Source: Nitrospinota bacterium
GTDB taxonomy: Bacteria > JADFOP01
Assembly (NCBI GenBank): GCA_022562795.1
Contig: JADFOP010000011.1
Span: 1-51,856 of the forward strand
DNA: 51,856 bases
Direction: 5' to 3'
Part shown: piece after piece, positions 10,033-19,027 of the stretch
Layout: each line of letters starts with the position of its first letter
Position numbering within the stretch: the stretch's first letter is position 1
Program-made: the position numbers and the translations under genes
The notes under the pieces: generated by a model
Told to the model about the DNA's origin: nothing
The model's database searches: none
Seen by the model: only the letters and a program-made list of their open reading frames with translations

Positions 10033-10698
10033 TTAAATGGCAACCACCTGGACTTCTCGGGCGACCTTCCAGCCGATGACGCGCTGAGCCCCGTCTATGA
10101 GGAGTGTCAGGGGGCCCTCGAACGGTCCTTTATCCATGACTGTAATGGTTTTGTCGGGGGTGAGTCCCATCGAGGAGAGATATTGGAGCATAGCGGGGTC
10201 CTGGGCCGTGACGCGGCGAATCTCGGCCCGCTGGCCCACCTCCAGTTCGGTGAGGTCTGGCAGGGCTTCTTCATCCACGAGCCCCTCATGGGTAGGGATG
10301 GGGTCTCCGTGAGGGTCGACGGTGGGGTGGCCGAGGAGCTCAGCTATGCGCTCCACCAGCCGGTCGGAGACCGCGTGCTCCAGCCGTTCAGCTTCTGCGT
10401 GGACCTCATCCCATTGGAGGCCCACGACCTCGGTGAGGAAGAGCTCGATGAGGCGGTGGGCGCGGATGAGGCGCAGGGCCTCCTGTTCGCCCGCCTCGGT
10501 CAATTCGATCCCCTTATAGGGCGTGCGTCGGACGAGGTCGAGATCGGCGAGCCGTTTCACCATATTGCTTACCGATGCCGCGGCCACACCCAGCTGATCG
10601 GCCACCGCCGAGACCGCCACCCGCTCCTCCGAGCCCCGGAGGCTGTGGATGGCCTTTAGGTAGTCCCTCATCTTCTCACTGAGCGCCATCGCCCGCAT
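10033..10698 (-). CDS. DtxR/MntR-family metal-dependent regulator with C-terminal FeoA domain
   Basis: DYLKAI, SVSNMVKRLA, RAHRLIELFL, EAERLEHA, DPHGDPIP, FeoA-like tail. Confidence 0.93.
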   Translation of the reverse strand: MRAMALSEKMRDYLKAIHSLRGSEERVAVSAVADQLGVAAASVSNMVKRLADLDLVRRTPYKGIELTEAGEQEALRLIRAHRLIELFLTEVVGLQWDEVHAEAERLEHAVSDRLVERIAELLGHPTVDPHGDPIPTHEGLVDEEALPDLTELEVGQRAEIRRVTAQDPAMLQYLSSMGLTPDKTITVMDKGPFEGPLTLLIDGAQRVIGWKVAREVQVVAI

Positions 10699-10914
10699 GC
10701 TCCGAAAATGTGACCGCCTGAGCCTTCCCCTCTGAATTGTAAGTTAGGCTGAGGCGGAGATTTAGGCCACTACCATTTATCCGATAATCGTAAGCCGAAA
10801 GCAACCCCTGCTAGGCTCATTCAGGCGCTAAAACATCCCACCAAATTAATAGATCCGCGGAAATTCGCGGAAAATTCTCCGTCCGTGGGCCCTCCAAGGC
10901 CTTGGATGCGGCAA

Positions 10915-10998
10915 AAATTAGGGGATGTATAATTTAAAGCTAGATTCATCTTGACATTATATCATTACTAACCTAACTTTACAATCACCCCAGCCTAA
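10915..10998. promoter_or_regulatory. Sigma70-type promoter of the oxidase-ZIP operon with DtxR-like operator half-sites
   Basis: TTGACA (10951) N17 TAACTT; CTAACCTAA (10968-10976) overlaps the -10; inverted repeat AAATTA-N9-TAATTT at 10915-10935. Confidence 0.55.
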
Positions 10999-11052
10999 GC
11001 CGCTGGAGTGGAGGGCGACATCGAGCACCGAAAGACCCTGGCCAGAGGTAAA

Positions 11053-12096
11053 ATGGTGACCCCCCTGAGAATAAAAACGGCAGTCGCAGCCTTGATTTGT
11101 CTCGGCGGAATTTTTCTCATTAAGCCGTTTATTACACCGGGTGCGCAAGAGACGAAACGCGATTATTTGAGCTTGCAGAAAACCGCTCAAGAACAGGTTG
11201 GGGTGAAGGGCGAATTTACGACAGAGGATTTTGACCCCATGGAGTTCTTAACGACCTGGAATTTTAATAATCTACCACCAGACGAGCGCCAAAAATTTTA
11301 CAAAGAATCAACCCTTCCCGATGGAAGGACGTTACGAGAATATTGGTTTCACGCCTTGGATAAAGAAATCGAAATCGCGCCAGGCGTCTTTTTTCCTGCC
11401 TGGACCTACAATGGCCAAGTCCCGGCCCCAACCATCAGAGCTACCGAAGGCGATCTCATCAGAATCCACTTCCAAAACCTAGGTACAAAACCCCACACCA
11501 TGCATTTTCACGGATTCCATCCCATTGAAATGGACGGCGCCCTGCCACATCAATTTGTCTACCCAGGAGAGACCTTCGTCTATGAATTTGATGCTGAGCC
11601 TTTCGGTGTTCACCTTTTCCACTGCCATTCAGTTCCTATTAGCCAGCACATCAGCAAAGGGCTCTATGGTGCGTATATTGTTGACCCAAAACATGATACG
11701 CGGCCGAAGCCGGACAAAGAACTGATTATGGTCATGAATGGGTTTGACACGAATTTCGATGAGGCGAACGAATTTTATGCCGTTAATACAGCCGCGTTTT
11801 ACTACGCAAAAAATCCTATTAAAGTAAAGGTCGGAGAACTTATTAGAATTTATTTAATAAATATTCTTGAGTTTGACCAAATTAATTCCTTCCACCTTCA
11901 TGCCCAGTTCTTTTATGAATATCAAACGGGGACAAGCCTGAAGCCCGACTTCTACACAGACATAACCGTTATGGGGCAGGGGGAACGATCGATCCTGGAT
12001 ATCCGATTCAAATTTTCTGGGAAAATTATGTTCCATGCCCACAAGACCGAGTTTGCTGAACAAGGCTGGATGGGGTTCTTTGAGGTACACGAATAA
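11053..12096 (+). CDS. Two-domain multicopper oxidase (T1 Cu in domain 1), N-terminally anchored
   Basis: HTMHFHG, FHCH...HISKGL in domain 1; SFHLHA and FHAH (no Cys) in domain 2. ATG 11053 has an AGAGG SD; GTG 11008 is an alternative start. Confidence 0.88.
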   Translation: MVTPLRIKTAVAALICLGGIFLIKPFITPGAQETKRDYLSLQKTAQEQVGVKGEFTTEDFDPMEFLTTWNFNNLPPDERQKFYKESTLPDGRTLREYWFHALDKEIEIAPGVFFPAWTYNGQVPAPTIRATEGDLIRIHFQNLGTKPHTMHFHGFHPIEMDGALPHQFVYPGETFVYEFDAEPFGVHLFHCHSVPISQHISKGLYGAYIVDPKHDTRPKPDKELIMVMNGFDTNFDEANEFYAVNTAAFYYAKNPIKVKVGELIRIYLINILEFDQINSFHLHAQFFYEYQTGTSLKPDFYTDITVMGQGERSILDIRFKFSGKIMFHAHKTEFAEQGWMGFFEVHE

Positions 12097-12098
12097 CC

Positions 12099-13289
12099 AT
12101 GCTACGAAGACGACTCAAGACCGGCTTCAATGCTTTGCTTCCGGTATTCTTGTTACTTTTGCTCCTCCTTGTCTTCCTCAAATATGGCCCATTAGGGGTT
12201 TTCAAAGCGTCTGTGCCGCCGATTGAAGAAGTATTCATCCAAAAAGTGACCTTTTCCCCGGACCATATTGTGGTGGATGTGATTAACGACGGACCCGAGC
12301 CTGTGACGATTGCCCAAATCTTAGTGAATGAGGTCTTCTGGCAATTTCACATGGCGCCGAGCCAAACTCTCAATCCGTTGGAGCGGGGGAGGATTGATAT
12401 TTCCTATCCGTGGGTTGAAGGTGATGTCGAACGAATAACGCTGGTGTCACGAAACGGCGTAACGTTTGAAACAGAAGTGAACGTCGCAACGGTGACGCCC
12501 ACTTTTAACTTCCTCTACTTTAAGTCTTTTATGTTGCTTGGCGTGTACGTGGGTGTGATTCCGGTTCTGTTGGGCTTGATGTGGTTTCCTTTCCTCGTCA
12601 CCCTGCGCGGGAAAGGGTATGCTTTCCTGTTGGCGCTCACCGTCGGGCTATTGGTCTTTTTAGGTTTTGACGCGCTCTCGGAGTCGTTTAACCTCCTCAA
12701 GGACGTGCCGGAGTCGTTTAACGGTGTCGGGATCATCGTCATTGGATTGCTACTTGCCATTTTATCCTTGTCGGCTGTCAGTTACAAAACACAACACCAG
12801 AGAAGAGAAAAAGGCGAACATTATCAGGCGTTGGTCTGGGGCTATTTGATCGCCCTTGGGATTGGCTTGCACAATCTCGGCGAGGGATTGGCCATAGGCA
12901 GCGCGTACGCCATTGGAGAGATTGCCCTGGGAAGCACCTTGGTGATTGGTTTCATGATCCACAATGTGACCGAAGGCGTTGCCATTGTCGCCCCCTTGAC
13001 AAGAACCTACAAGCACATCAACCGCTTTCTCTTTCATCTGATCATGATGGGGCTGCTCGCCGGCGCTCCCACCATCCTCGGGACCTTGATTGGGGGCTTT
13101 GCATATTCTGCGGCCATAGCTGTGTTGTTCCTCTCCATCGGAGCTGGCGCCATATTCGATGTCTCCTTCGACATCCTGAATCATATGGCAAAAGGGAAAT
13201 GGCTTGAAATCTTTACGGTCACGAATGCCCTCGGATTTCTTTCAGGCCTTTTAATCATGTACGTGACAGGATTTTTGGTTGTGGGGTAA
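12099..13289 (+). CDS. ZIP-family divalent metal transporter with an extra N-terminal soluble domain
   Basis: IGLHNLGEGLAIG and IHNVTEG ZIP metal-site motifs; multiple TM helices. Confidence 0.88.
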   Translation: MLRRRLKTGFNALLPVFLLLLLLLVFLKYGPLGVFKASVPPIEEVFIQKVTFSPDHIVVDVINDGPEPVTIAQILVNEVFWQFHMAPSQTLNPLERGRIDISYPWVEGDVERITLVSRNGVTFETEVNVATVTPTFNFLYFKSFMLLGVYVGVIPVLLGLMWFPFLVTLRGKGYAFLLALTVGLLVFLGFDALSESFNLLKDVPESFNGVGIIVIGLLLAILSLSAVSYKTQHQRREKGEHYQALVWGYLIALGIGLHNLGEGLAIGSAYAIGEIALGSTLVIGFMIHNVTEGVAIVAPLTRTYKHINRFLFHLIMMGLLAGAPTILGTLIGGFAYSAAIAVLFLSIGAGAIFDVSFDILNHMAKGKWLEIFTVTNALGFLSGLLIMYVTGFLVVG

Positions 13290-13318
13290 TTCATGTGCTC
13301 CCCTCGCCCCCCTCCGGC

Positions 13319-13348
13319 TTGACACAGCCCTGCCGCCCGCCCTATTCT
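13319..13348 (+). promoter_or_regulatory. Sigma70 promoter for the GTPase gene
   Basis: TTGACA-N18-TATTCT. Confidence 0.5.
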
Positions 13349-13381
13349 TAGAGCCCAAACCCGAACCACGGGTGTCCTGTC

Positions 13382-14368
13382 ATGTCGGCCAACTTACCCC
13401 CGGAATATTACGTTGCGGAGAAAGTCTTCCGCGCCGCCAAGACCACTGAAGAGAAAATACGCGCCATTGAGGAGATGATCCGGGCCACCCCCCACCACAA
13501 GGGGACTGATAGGGTTCTGGGCAAGCTCCGCCAGAGGATCAAGAAGCTCAAGGAGCAGGCCGAAAAAAAAGCCGGCCCAGTCCGACGCGGGTTCCTCTAC
13601 GGAGTGAAGAAGGAAGGGGCGGCGCAGGTGATGCTCACGGGGCTGCCCAACAGCGGGAAGTCGGCCCTCCTCGAGGCATTGACCAATGCCCAATCCGAGG
13701 TAGCCCCCTGGCCGTTCACCACACGCATGCCACAGCCTGGGATGATGACCTTCGAGAACATCCAGGTCCAGATGGTGGACCTCCCCCCCCTGGGCGATGA
13801 GGCCTCTGTATCGTGGCTGTCCAATGTGCTTTTCGGAGCCGACGGCTACTGCCTCGTGGTGGATGTCACCGACGAGCCCGCCTTGGCGGTGGAGATGATC
13901 CGAGAGGAGCTCGCCCGCTGGAAGATCGCCCTGCGCCCTCGGGGGGACGTTACTCCGCCAGAGGAAGGCTGGAGAAAAAAGCACGCGCTTGTGGTCGGCA
14001 CGAAGGTGGACGAGCCGGGCGGGGCCGAGGGCTACCGCACCCTGGAGGCAGCGTGCGGCGAGACATTCATCACGGCAGCCTGCTCGATCCTTGAGCCGGA
14101 AACGCTGGAGGGCGTCAGGCGGGCCTTCTTCGATGCCCTGGCCATTATGCGCGTCTACACCAAGGCCCCCGGGAAGAAGCCCGACATGGAAAGCCCCTTT
14201 ATCCTGGAGGTGGGCGCGACGGTCCTCGATGCGGCTGCGGCCGTCCACAAGGACTTCGCGAATCAGCTCAAGGCTGCCCGATTGTGGGGCAGCGGGAAGT
14301 TCGATGGCCAGCAGGTCCAGCGCGACTACGTGCTCCACGACGGCGACATCATCGAGCTTCGCCTCTAG
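13382..14368 (+). CDS. DRG/OBG-family GTPase with C-terminal TGS domain
   Basis: TPHHKGT N-terminal helical motif, GLPNSGKS, PFTT, DLPP, TKVD, RVYTKAPG...DGDIIE (TGS). Confidence 0.9.
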   Translation: MSANLPPEYYVAEKVFRAAKTTEEKIRAIEEMIRATPHHKGTDRVLGKLRQRIKKLKEQAEKKAGPVRRGFLYGVKKEGAAQVMLTGLPNSGKSALLEALTNAQSEVAPWPFTTRMPQPGMMTFENIQVQMVDLPPLGDEASVSWLSNVLFGADGYCLVVDVTDEPALAVEMIREELARWKIALRPRGDVTPPEEGWRKKHALVVGTKVDEPGGAEGYRTLEAACGETFITAACSILEPETLEGVRRAFFDALAIMRVYTKAPGKKPDMESPFILEVGATVLDAAAAVHKDFANQLKAARLWGSGKFDGQQVQRDYVLHDGDIIELRL

Positions 14369-14571
14369 CCCTTTAGGCCGCTCGCCCACCGGTGTTGCCT
14401 ACGATGGGGACATGCAAGCGGGTTGAACGTCGCGGAGTTCTTGAACTTCAACCGTGGCTGGGGTATAACTAATCGACCTTCCAACAATAGGGTGATTTCT
14501 AGCCCTATGTAAGGGGGTTGGGTTGCGGGCAGGCGGCCTGAACCCTATCAACGAGCGAGGAATTTGCCTCC

Positions 14572-15243
14572 ATGCGTAGCATCGCCAAGCTTTTCGGACG
14601 CCCCCCTTTTGGCCCTCTTCAGGAACATATGCGAAAGGTCCGGGAGTGCTGCGAGAAGATTCCCGGGCTCTTTGAGGTCGTCAAGGAGGGCGATTTCGAG
14701 CGGTTACGGGAACTGCAACGGGAAATTTCCCGGCTCGAGTGGGAGGCCGACGAAATTAAGAACGATGTGCGGGAGCACCTCCCACGCAGCATCTTCATGC
14801 CTGTCGACCGGGCCGATATCCTGGACGTTTTGTCGGCGCAGGATGCTGTCTCAGATTGCGCAGAAGATGTAGGCGACCTCCTGACCCTTCGTCCCCTACC
14901 GTTCCTCGAGGGCTTTAACCCTGAGTTCGAGGCTTTCCTGGACCAGGTGATGGTCTGCTGCCGCATGGGAGCCGATATCACCGAGGAGATGGATAAGCTC
15001 GTTGAGGCCTCCTTCGGCGGGCCGGAGGCCGCCAAGGTCCTGGAGATGGTGAACGAGCTCTGCGAGGAAGAATACAAATCGGACCGTCTCCACCGCGCCT
15101 TTATCCGCAAGCTCTTCACCATCGAGGACCAGACCGACCCCATTAGCGTAATGATGTGGTATCAGGTTTCTGAAAAGGTTGCCCATCTGGCCAACTACTC
15201 CGAACGCATGGCCAACCGGGTGCGCCTGCTCCTGGCTAAGTAA
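14572..15243 (+). CDS. DUF47/TIGR00153 phosphate-transport accessory protein
   Basis: LEWEADEIK, IFMPVDRADIL, QDAVSD; directly upstream of PiT. Confidence 0.88.
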   Translation: MRSIAKLFGRPPFGPLQEHMRKVRECCEKIPGLFEVVKEGDFERLRELQREISRLEWEADEIKNDVREHLPRSIFMPVDRADILDVLSAQDAVSDCAEDVGDLLTLRPLPFLEGFNPEFEAFLDQVMVCCRMGADITEEMDKLVEASFGGPEAAKVLEMVNELCEEEYKSDRLHRAFIRKLFTIEDQTDPISVMMWYQVSEKVAHLANYSERMANRVRLLLAK

Positions 15244-15258
15244 ACTCTCTCGGCTCTC

Positions 15259-16512
15259 ATGCCCCCTCCGGCAATCATTCTCCTCATTGCTGCGGCTGCC
15301 GGCCTTTACATGGCCTGGAACATCGGGGCCAACGATTTAGCCAACGCAATGGGGACCTCCGTGGGGTCGGGCGCCTTAACCTTAAAGCAGGCCGTGATCA
15401 TCGCGGCGGTCTTCGAGTTGGCCGGGGCGGTTCTCGTCGGCTCCCACGTGACCGAGACCGTCCGAAAAGGCATGGTGGACCCGGCCGTCTTCGCGCCCAA
15501 CCCCAACCTCATTCTCTGGGGCATGACCTCGGCCCTGCTGGCAGCTGCCATCTGGCTTCAGGTGGCCACAGCCCTCGGTATGCCGGTCTCCACCACCCAC
15601 TCCATTGTGGGGGCGGTCGTTGGCTTCGGTCTGGTTGGCGGCGGTTTGGGGGCCATCCGGTGGGCCAAGATCGGCCTGATTGCCGCTAGCTGGATCTTCT
15701 CGCCCCTCGTGGGTGGGGCCATCGCATTCGGCCTCTTCGTCTTCATCCGCCGCCGGATCCTCGAGGCGCCCGACCCATTGGCTTCGGCCAACCTATACGC
15801 GCCATGGTTCGTCTTCGTGGTGGTCTTCATCCTGGTCTTATCCTTCATCTACAAGGGTCTCAAGAATCTCCATCTCGATTTCCCCCTGCCCCAGGCGATG
15901 GGGATTGCCGCGGCCGTAGGGCTGGCCTGCACCTTCATCGGGCGCCGCTTCATCTCGCGCGCAGTTTTGCCCCCGGCCGGCGCCGACGGCCGCCCGACGC
16001 AGTCGGTCGAGGGGGTATTTCGCTTCCTTCAAATCGTGACCGCCGGATACGTGGCTTTCGCTCATGGCTCCAACGACACGGCCAACGCCATCGGGCCGCT
16101 TGCGGCAATCTTAGGGGTCTTACGCCACGAGCCTTTGGGTGCGCAGGTTGAGGTCCCCACCTGGGTTCTCCTTCTCGGCGGGATGGGCATCGTTCTTGGC
16201 CTGGCGACCTATGGCTACAAGGTCATCGAAACCATCGGCAAGAAGATCACCCACCTCACCCACGCCAGCGGCTTTGCGGCCCAGTTTGCAGCCGCAACGA
16301 CCATTCTCGTCGGCTCCAAGCTCAGCCTGCCTCTCTCTACAACCCATACCATTGTGGGGGCCGTTGTCGGCGTAGGGTTGGCCCGAGGTATCGCCGCTCT
16401 AAATCTCCGTATGCTTCGTAATATCGCAAACTCCTGGCTCATCACCCTCCCCTTCACAGCGGTCCTTACCATAATCTTGTATAAGCTCGCGCTCCTGATC
16501 ACCGGGGGATGA
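15259..16512 (+). CDS. PiT-family inorganic phosphate transporter
   Basis: GANDLANAMGT, PVSTTHSIVG, HGSNDTAN, PLSTTH. Confidence 0.95.
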   Translation: MPPPAIILLIAAAAGLYMAWNIGANDLANAMGTSVGSGALTLKQAVIIAAVFELAGAVLVGSHVTETVRKGMVDPAVFAPNPNLILWGMTSALLAAAIWLQVATALGMPVSTTHSIVGAVVGFGLVGGGLGAIRWAKIGLIAASWIFSPLVGGAIAFGLFVFIRRRILEAPDPLASANLYAPWFVFVVVFILVLSFIYKGLKNLHLDFPLPQAMGIAAAVGLACTFIGRRFISRAVLPPAGADGRPTQSVEGVFRFLQIVTAGYVAFAHGSNDTANAIGPLAAILGVLRHEPLGAQVEVPTWVLLLGGMGIVLGLATYGYKVIETIGKKITHLTHASGFAAQFAAATTILVGSKLSLPLSTTHTIVGAVVGVGLARGIAALNLRMLRNIANSWLITLPFTAVLTIILYKLALLITGG

Positions 16513-16675
16513 GGCGCGCATGGCCGCCGACAGGGCCGTTTGGCCCGTCTCATTCGACACCTCCCTCTCGACCCTTCTCTAAGTCATTAAAACCCTTCCA
16601 CTGCGTCCCAACTGCGGTATAATAGACAGAGGTGAATCCCAAGGTCTTTCCGGTTGGATTTAGGAGGGCAGCAAG

Positions 16676-16840
16676 ATGCCGATCTATGAGTTTGTTTGCA
16701 AGAAATGCGGTGAGGAGTTCGAGTACACCCTTTCAATTTCAGAGCGGGAGACAAAGAAGGTCAGGTGTCCCTCTTGCAATAGCAAGCGGGTAGACCAGAC
16801 CCTCTCAACTTTTTACGCCAACACGTCGAGGAAAAGCTGA
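16676..16840 (+). CDS. FmdB-family zinc-ribbon small protein (54 aa, not in the ORF track)
   Basis: MPIYEFVCKKCGEEFE...VRCPSCNSKRVDQTLSTFYANTSRKS; AGGAGG SD at 16662. Confidence 0.9.
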   Translation: MPIYEFVCKKCGEEFEYTLSISERETKKVRCPSCNSKRVDQTLSTFYANTSRKS

Positions 16841-16962
16841 GGTTCGCTTCCGCTTGGTCCGACCATCCCGGCCCAAGCCCCGGCCGGGGGGGGCAGGCCC
16901 ACCCATGATGACGATAATACGGAATCCCTGCACCCGGGAACCCGCAGCAAGGTGAGAAGCCA

Positions 16963-17481
16963 TTGAGACCAGCGTACCATTGGGCTTTGGCCCTCTGGCT
17001 AGCCCTTGTTTTGGCGGGCTGCAACACCCAGAATGCCGAGCCACCGCCGAGAGAGATTCAGGCCTCTGCCACGACGGAGCGATTCGCAGAGTCCCCCTCC
17101 CCCTTGAAGCTGCCGCCATGGCACCCACCCATCGGGAAAGCCGCCACAATAGAGGGACGCATCTCTTTAGCCCCCGGGTTAGATGGGAATACCTCGCCCG
17201 AGGCAGTCCTCTTCATTATAGCCCGACCTTCAGGCTCTAAGATGCCCGTTGCCGTGGTGCGCCTCCAGGGGCCTACCTTCCCGCACAGCTACACCATCGG
17301 CCCCCAGCACATGATGATTCCCTCCGGCCGCTTCGAAGGAGAAGTGGAGGTCTCAGCCCGACTCGACGGGGACGGATTAGTTGGCCCGCCCCAGCCAGGC
17401 GACCTGGGGGGGAGCTATCCGAATAACCCCGTATCGGTTGGAGAGGGTCATGTAGATTTCCAGTTGGACAAGCTCTTCTAG
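16963..17481 (+). CDS. Lipoprotein with a CcmI/CycH C-terminal Ig-like domain
   Basis: Lipobox LAGC; VLFIIAR, MPVAVVR, FP, MM, VSARLDGDG, PGDL pattern. Confidence 0.75.
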   Translation: MRPAYHWALALWLALVLAGCNTQNAEPPPREIQASATTERFAESPSPLKLPPWHPPIGKAATIEGRISLAPGLDGNTSPEAVLFIIARPSGSKMPVAVVRLQGPTFPHSYTIGPQHMMIPSGRFEGEVEVSARLDGDGLVGPPQPGDLGGSYPNNPVSVGEGHVDFQLDKLF

Positions 17482-17496
17482 AAAGGAGGAGATAAT

Positions 17497-17949
17497 ATGA
17501 GCGCGAGAGTCAGTGCGGCGGTCGTGGCAATTACGGTTTTCGTATTGATGGGAATGGGGAGCGCGGACTACGTTCGCGATGCGGCTGAACGCGTGAAGGC
17601 CGCGGATTGGACCAAGATGAAAACCGTCAGTGTGACGCAAAAAGAGCACGCCTTCGCACCGTCAACGCTGGTCTTCCGGGAGGGCGTCCCTTACAAGCTA
17701 GTGATAACAAACAAAGGGGCGTCGAAGCACTATTTCACGGCTGAGAATTTTTTCAAAGCCATCGCAACCCGTAAAGTGCAAAATACCGACGGCGAAATCA
17801 AAGCACCATACTTCAAGGCTCTCGAGGTATTCCCGGGCCGCTCCATGGAGCTCTACTTCATCCCAGTCAAGAAGGGCGCCTACAACTTCTTGTGCACGAT
17901 CGAGGGGCACGCAGAGCTCGGCATGAAAGGCCACATACGGATCGAGTGA
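17497..17949 (+). CDS. Exported cupredoxin (type-1 copper) protein
   Basis: Signal peptide; His (KHYF) plus C-x4-H-x4-M (CTIEGHAELGM); AGGAG SD. Confidence 0.85.
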   Translation: MSARVSAAVVAITVFVLMGMGSADYVRDAAERVKAADWTKMKTVSVTQKEHAFAPSTLVFREGVPYKLVITNKGASKHYFTAENFFKAIATRKVQNTDGEIKAPYFKALEVFPGRSMELYFIPVKKGAYNFLCTIEGHAELGMKGHIRIE

Positions 17950-17965
17950 CCCGTAACCAGAACAC

Positions 17966-18700
17966 CTACCCACTTTTCCCCAACATGGCGGCGAACCACT
18001 GTACGGTCGCCTCAGCAGCCCTCTGCCGATGGTCGGGGTCCTTGAGGCGGTGATCTACGCCGGGCAGGATGATCAGTCGCTTGGGCTCCTCCGCCTGGGC
18101 GAATAAGCGATGGGCGTGAGCTACGGGGACCACCTCGTCAGCTTGGCCGTGGATTATTAACACCCGTGATTGCCCCCCAGGGAGCTCCAGCAGAGGGTGT
18201 CCCTCTAGGTCCTCGAAGAAGGCCTCAGGCAGGGGGGCGAGGCCCTCTGTGCCGGGCTGGCCCCGGCGAGATAAAAGCCCATAGAGGTCGTACGGTGTCG
18301 ACCAAACCGCCGTCGCGCCCACAGAGGGCTCTGCGAGGGCCGTGGCACAGGCCACGACGCCCCCAAGACTCGATCCCATCAGCCCCACCCGTGAGGCGTC
18401 AGCGGGGAGATAGCTCTTGAGGAATCCCAGCACCGCCCGGGCGTCCTCGAGCCGGCCCGAGAGGGTTATCGCCTCGGGCCCGCCCGTGCTGCCTCCAATC
18501 GCGCGAAAATCGAACCGCACAAAAGCCAGCCCAGCCGCCACTGCAATCTCAGCAAGCTGCAGGTACTTGCGGCTCGATTTGGACGAGAGCAAGCCGTGGC
18601 AGGCAACAACGGTGGCGAATGGGCCGTCGCCCATGGGGGTATGGCAGACAGCGGCAAGCGAGTACCGTCCGCTCGGGATTGTGAGCACTTCTACGGACAC
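17966..18700 (-). CDS. Alpha/beta-fold hydrolase
   Basis: CHG, GSSLGG nucleophile elbow, HGQADEVVP, DH. Confidence 0.88.
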   Translation of the reverse strand: MSVEVLTIPSGRYSLAAVCHTPMGDGPFATVVACHGLLSSKSSRKYLQLAEIAVAAGLAFVRFDFRAIGGSTGGPEAITLSGRLEDARAVLGFLKSYLPADASRVGLMGSSLGGVVACATALAEPSVGATAVWSTPYDLYGLLSRRGQPGTEGLAPLPEAFFEDLEGHPLLELPGGQSRVLIIHGQADEVVPVAHAHRLFAQAEEPKRLIILPGVDHRLKDPDHRQRAAEATVQWFAAMLGKSG

Positions 18701-18967
18701 GGGACCTTTCCCAGGAAGCCTCCAGCAGGCTATTGATGAGGGGTTATCCTATCCGAGGGCCTGAGGAGGTGTAAAGTGGCCTCAGGGGCGCGCTCGAGAA
18801 CGGACAATCCCGCTCATGAGGTCAAAACGTCAACGCTGGTTCGTAAAGACAGGTCTGCGTCCCCTGTCCACAACATCTGGAAACTGTATATACTAATATA
18901 CTACGAGCCAACACATCAGTGGTTTCAAGCTGTACATCGGATTTTCTAAAGAAGTTGCGGCAATTGC

Positions 18968-18995
18968 TAACATAAATGGGACGATGGTCCGATAA
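18968..18995 (+). promoter_or_regulatory. Possible sigma28 (FliA) promoter
   Basis: TAAC-N16-TCCGATAA resembles TAAA-N15-GCCGATAA and lies just upstream of the flaG-like gene. Confidence 0.45.
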
Positions 18996-19027
18996 TAATA
19001 AAGAATAAACAGGCGAGGTTGAGAATA

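Noticed and set aside
9006-13330. tRNA-anchored genomic island with att duplication
   Set aside because: No repeat of the tRNA 3' end and no integrase; the genes right after the tRNA have host-like GC.
13394-14389. 331-aa antisense ORF, and similar long shadow ORFs (48010-49356, 31551-32474, 6738-7439, 28442-29179)
   Set aside because: They overlap recognisable genes on the opposite strand; long open antisense frames are expected in GC-rich coding DNA.
18864-18905. DnaA-box-like CTGTCCACA and LexA-like CTGTATAT
   Set aside because: Single imperfect matches with no box cluster or matching second half-site.
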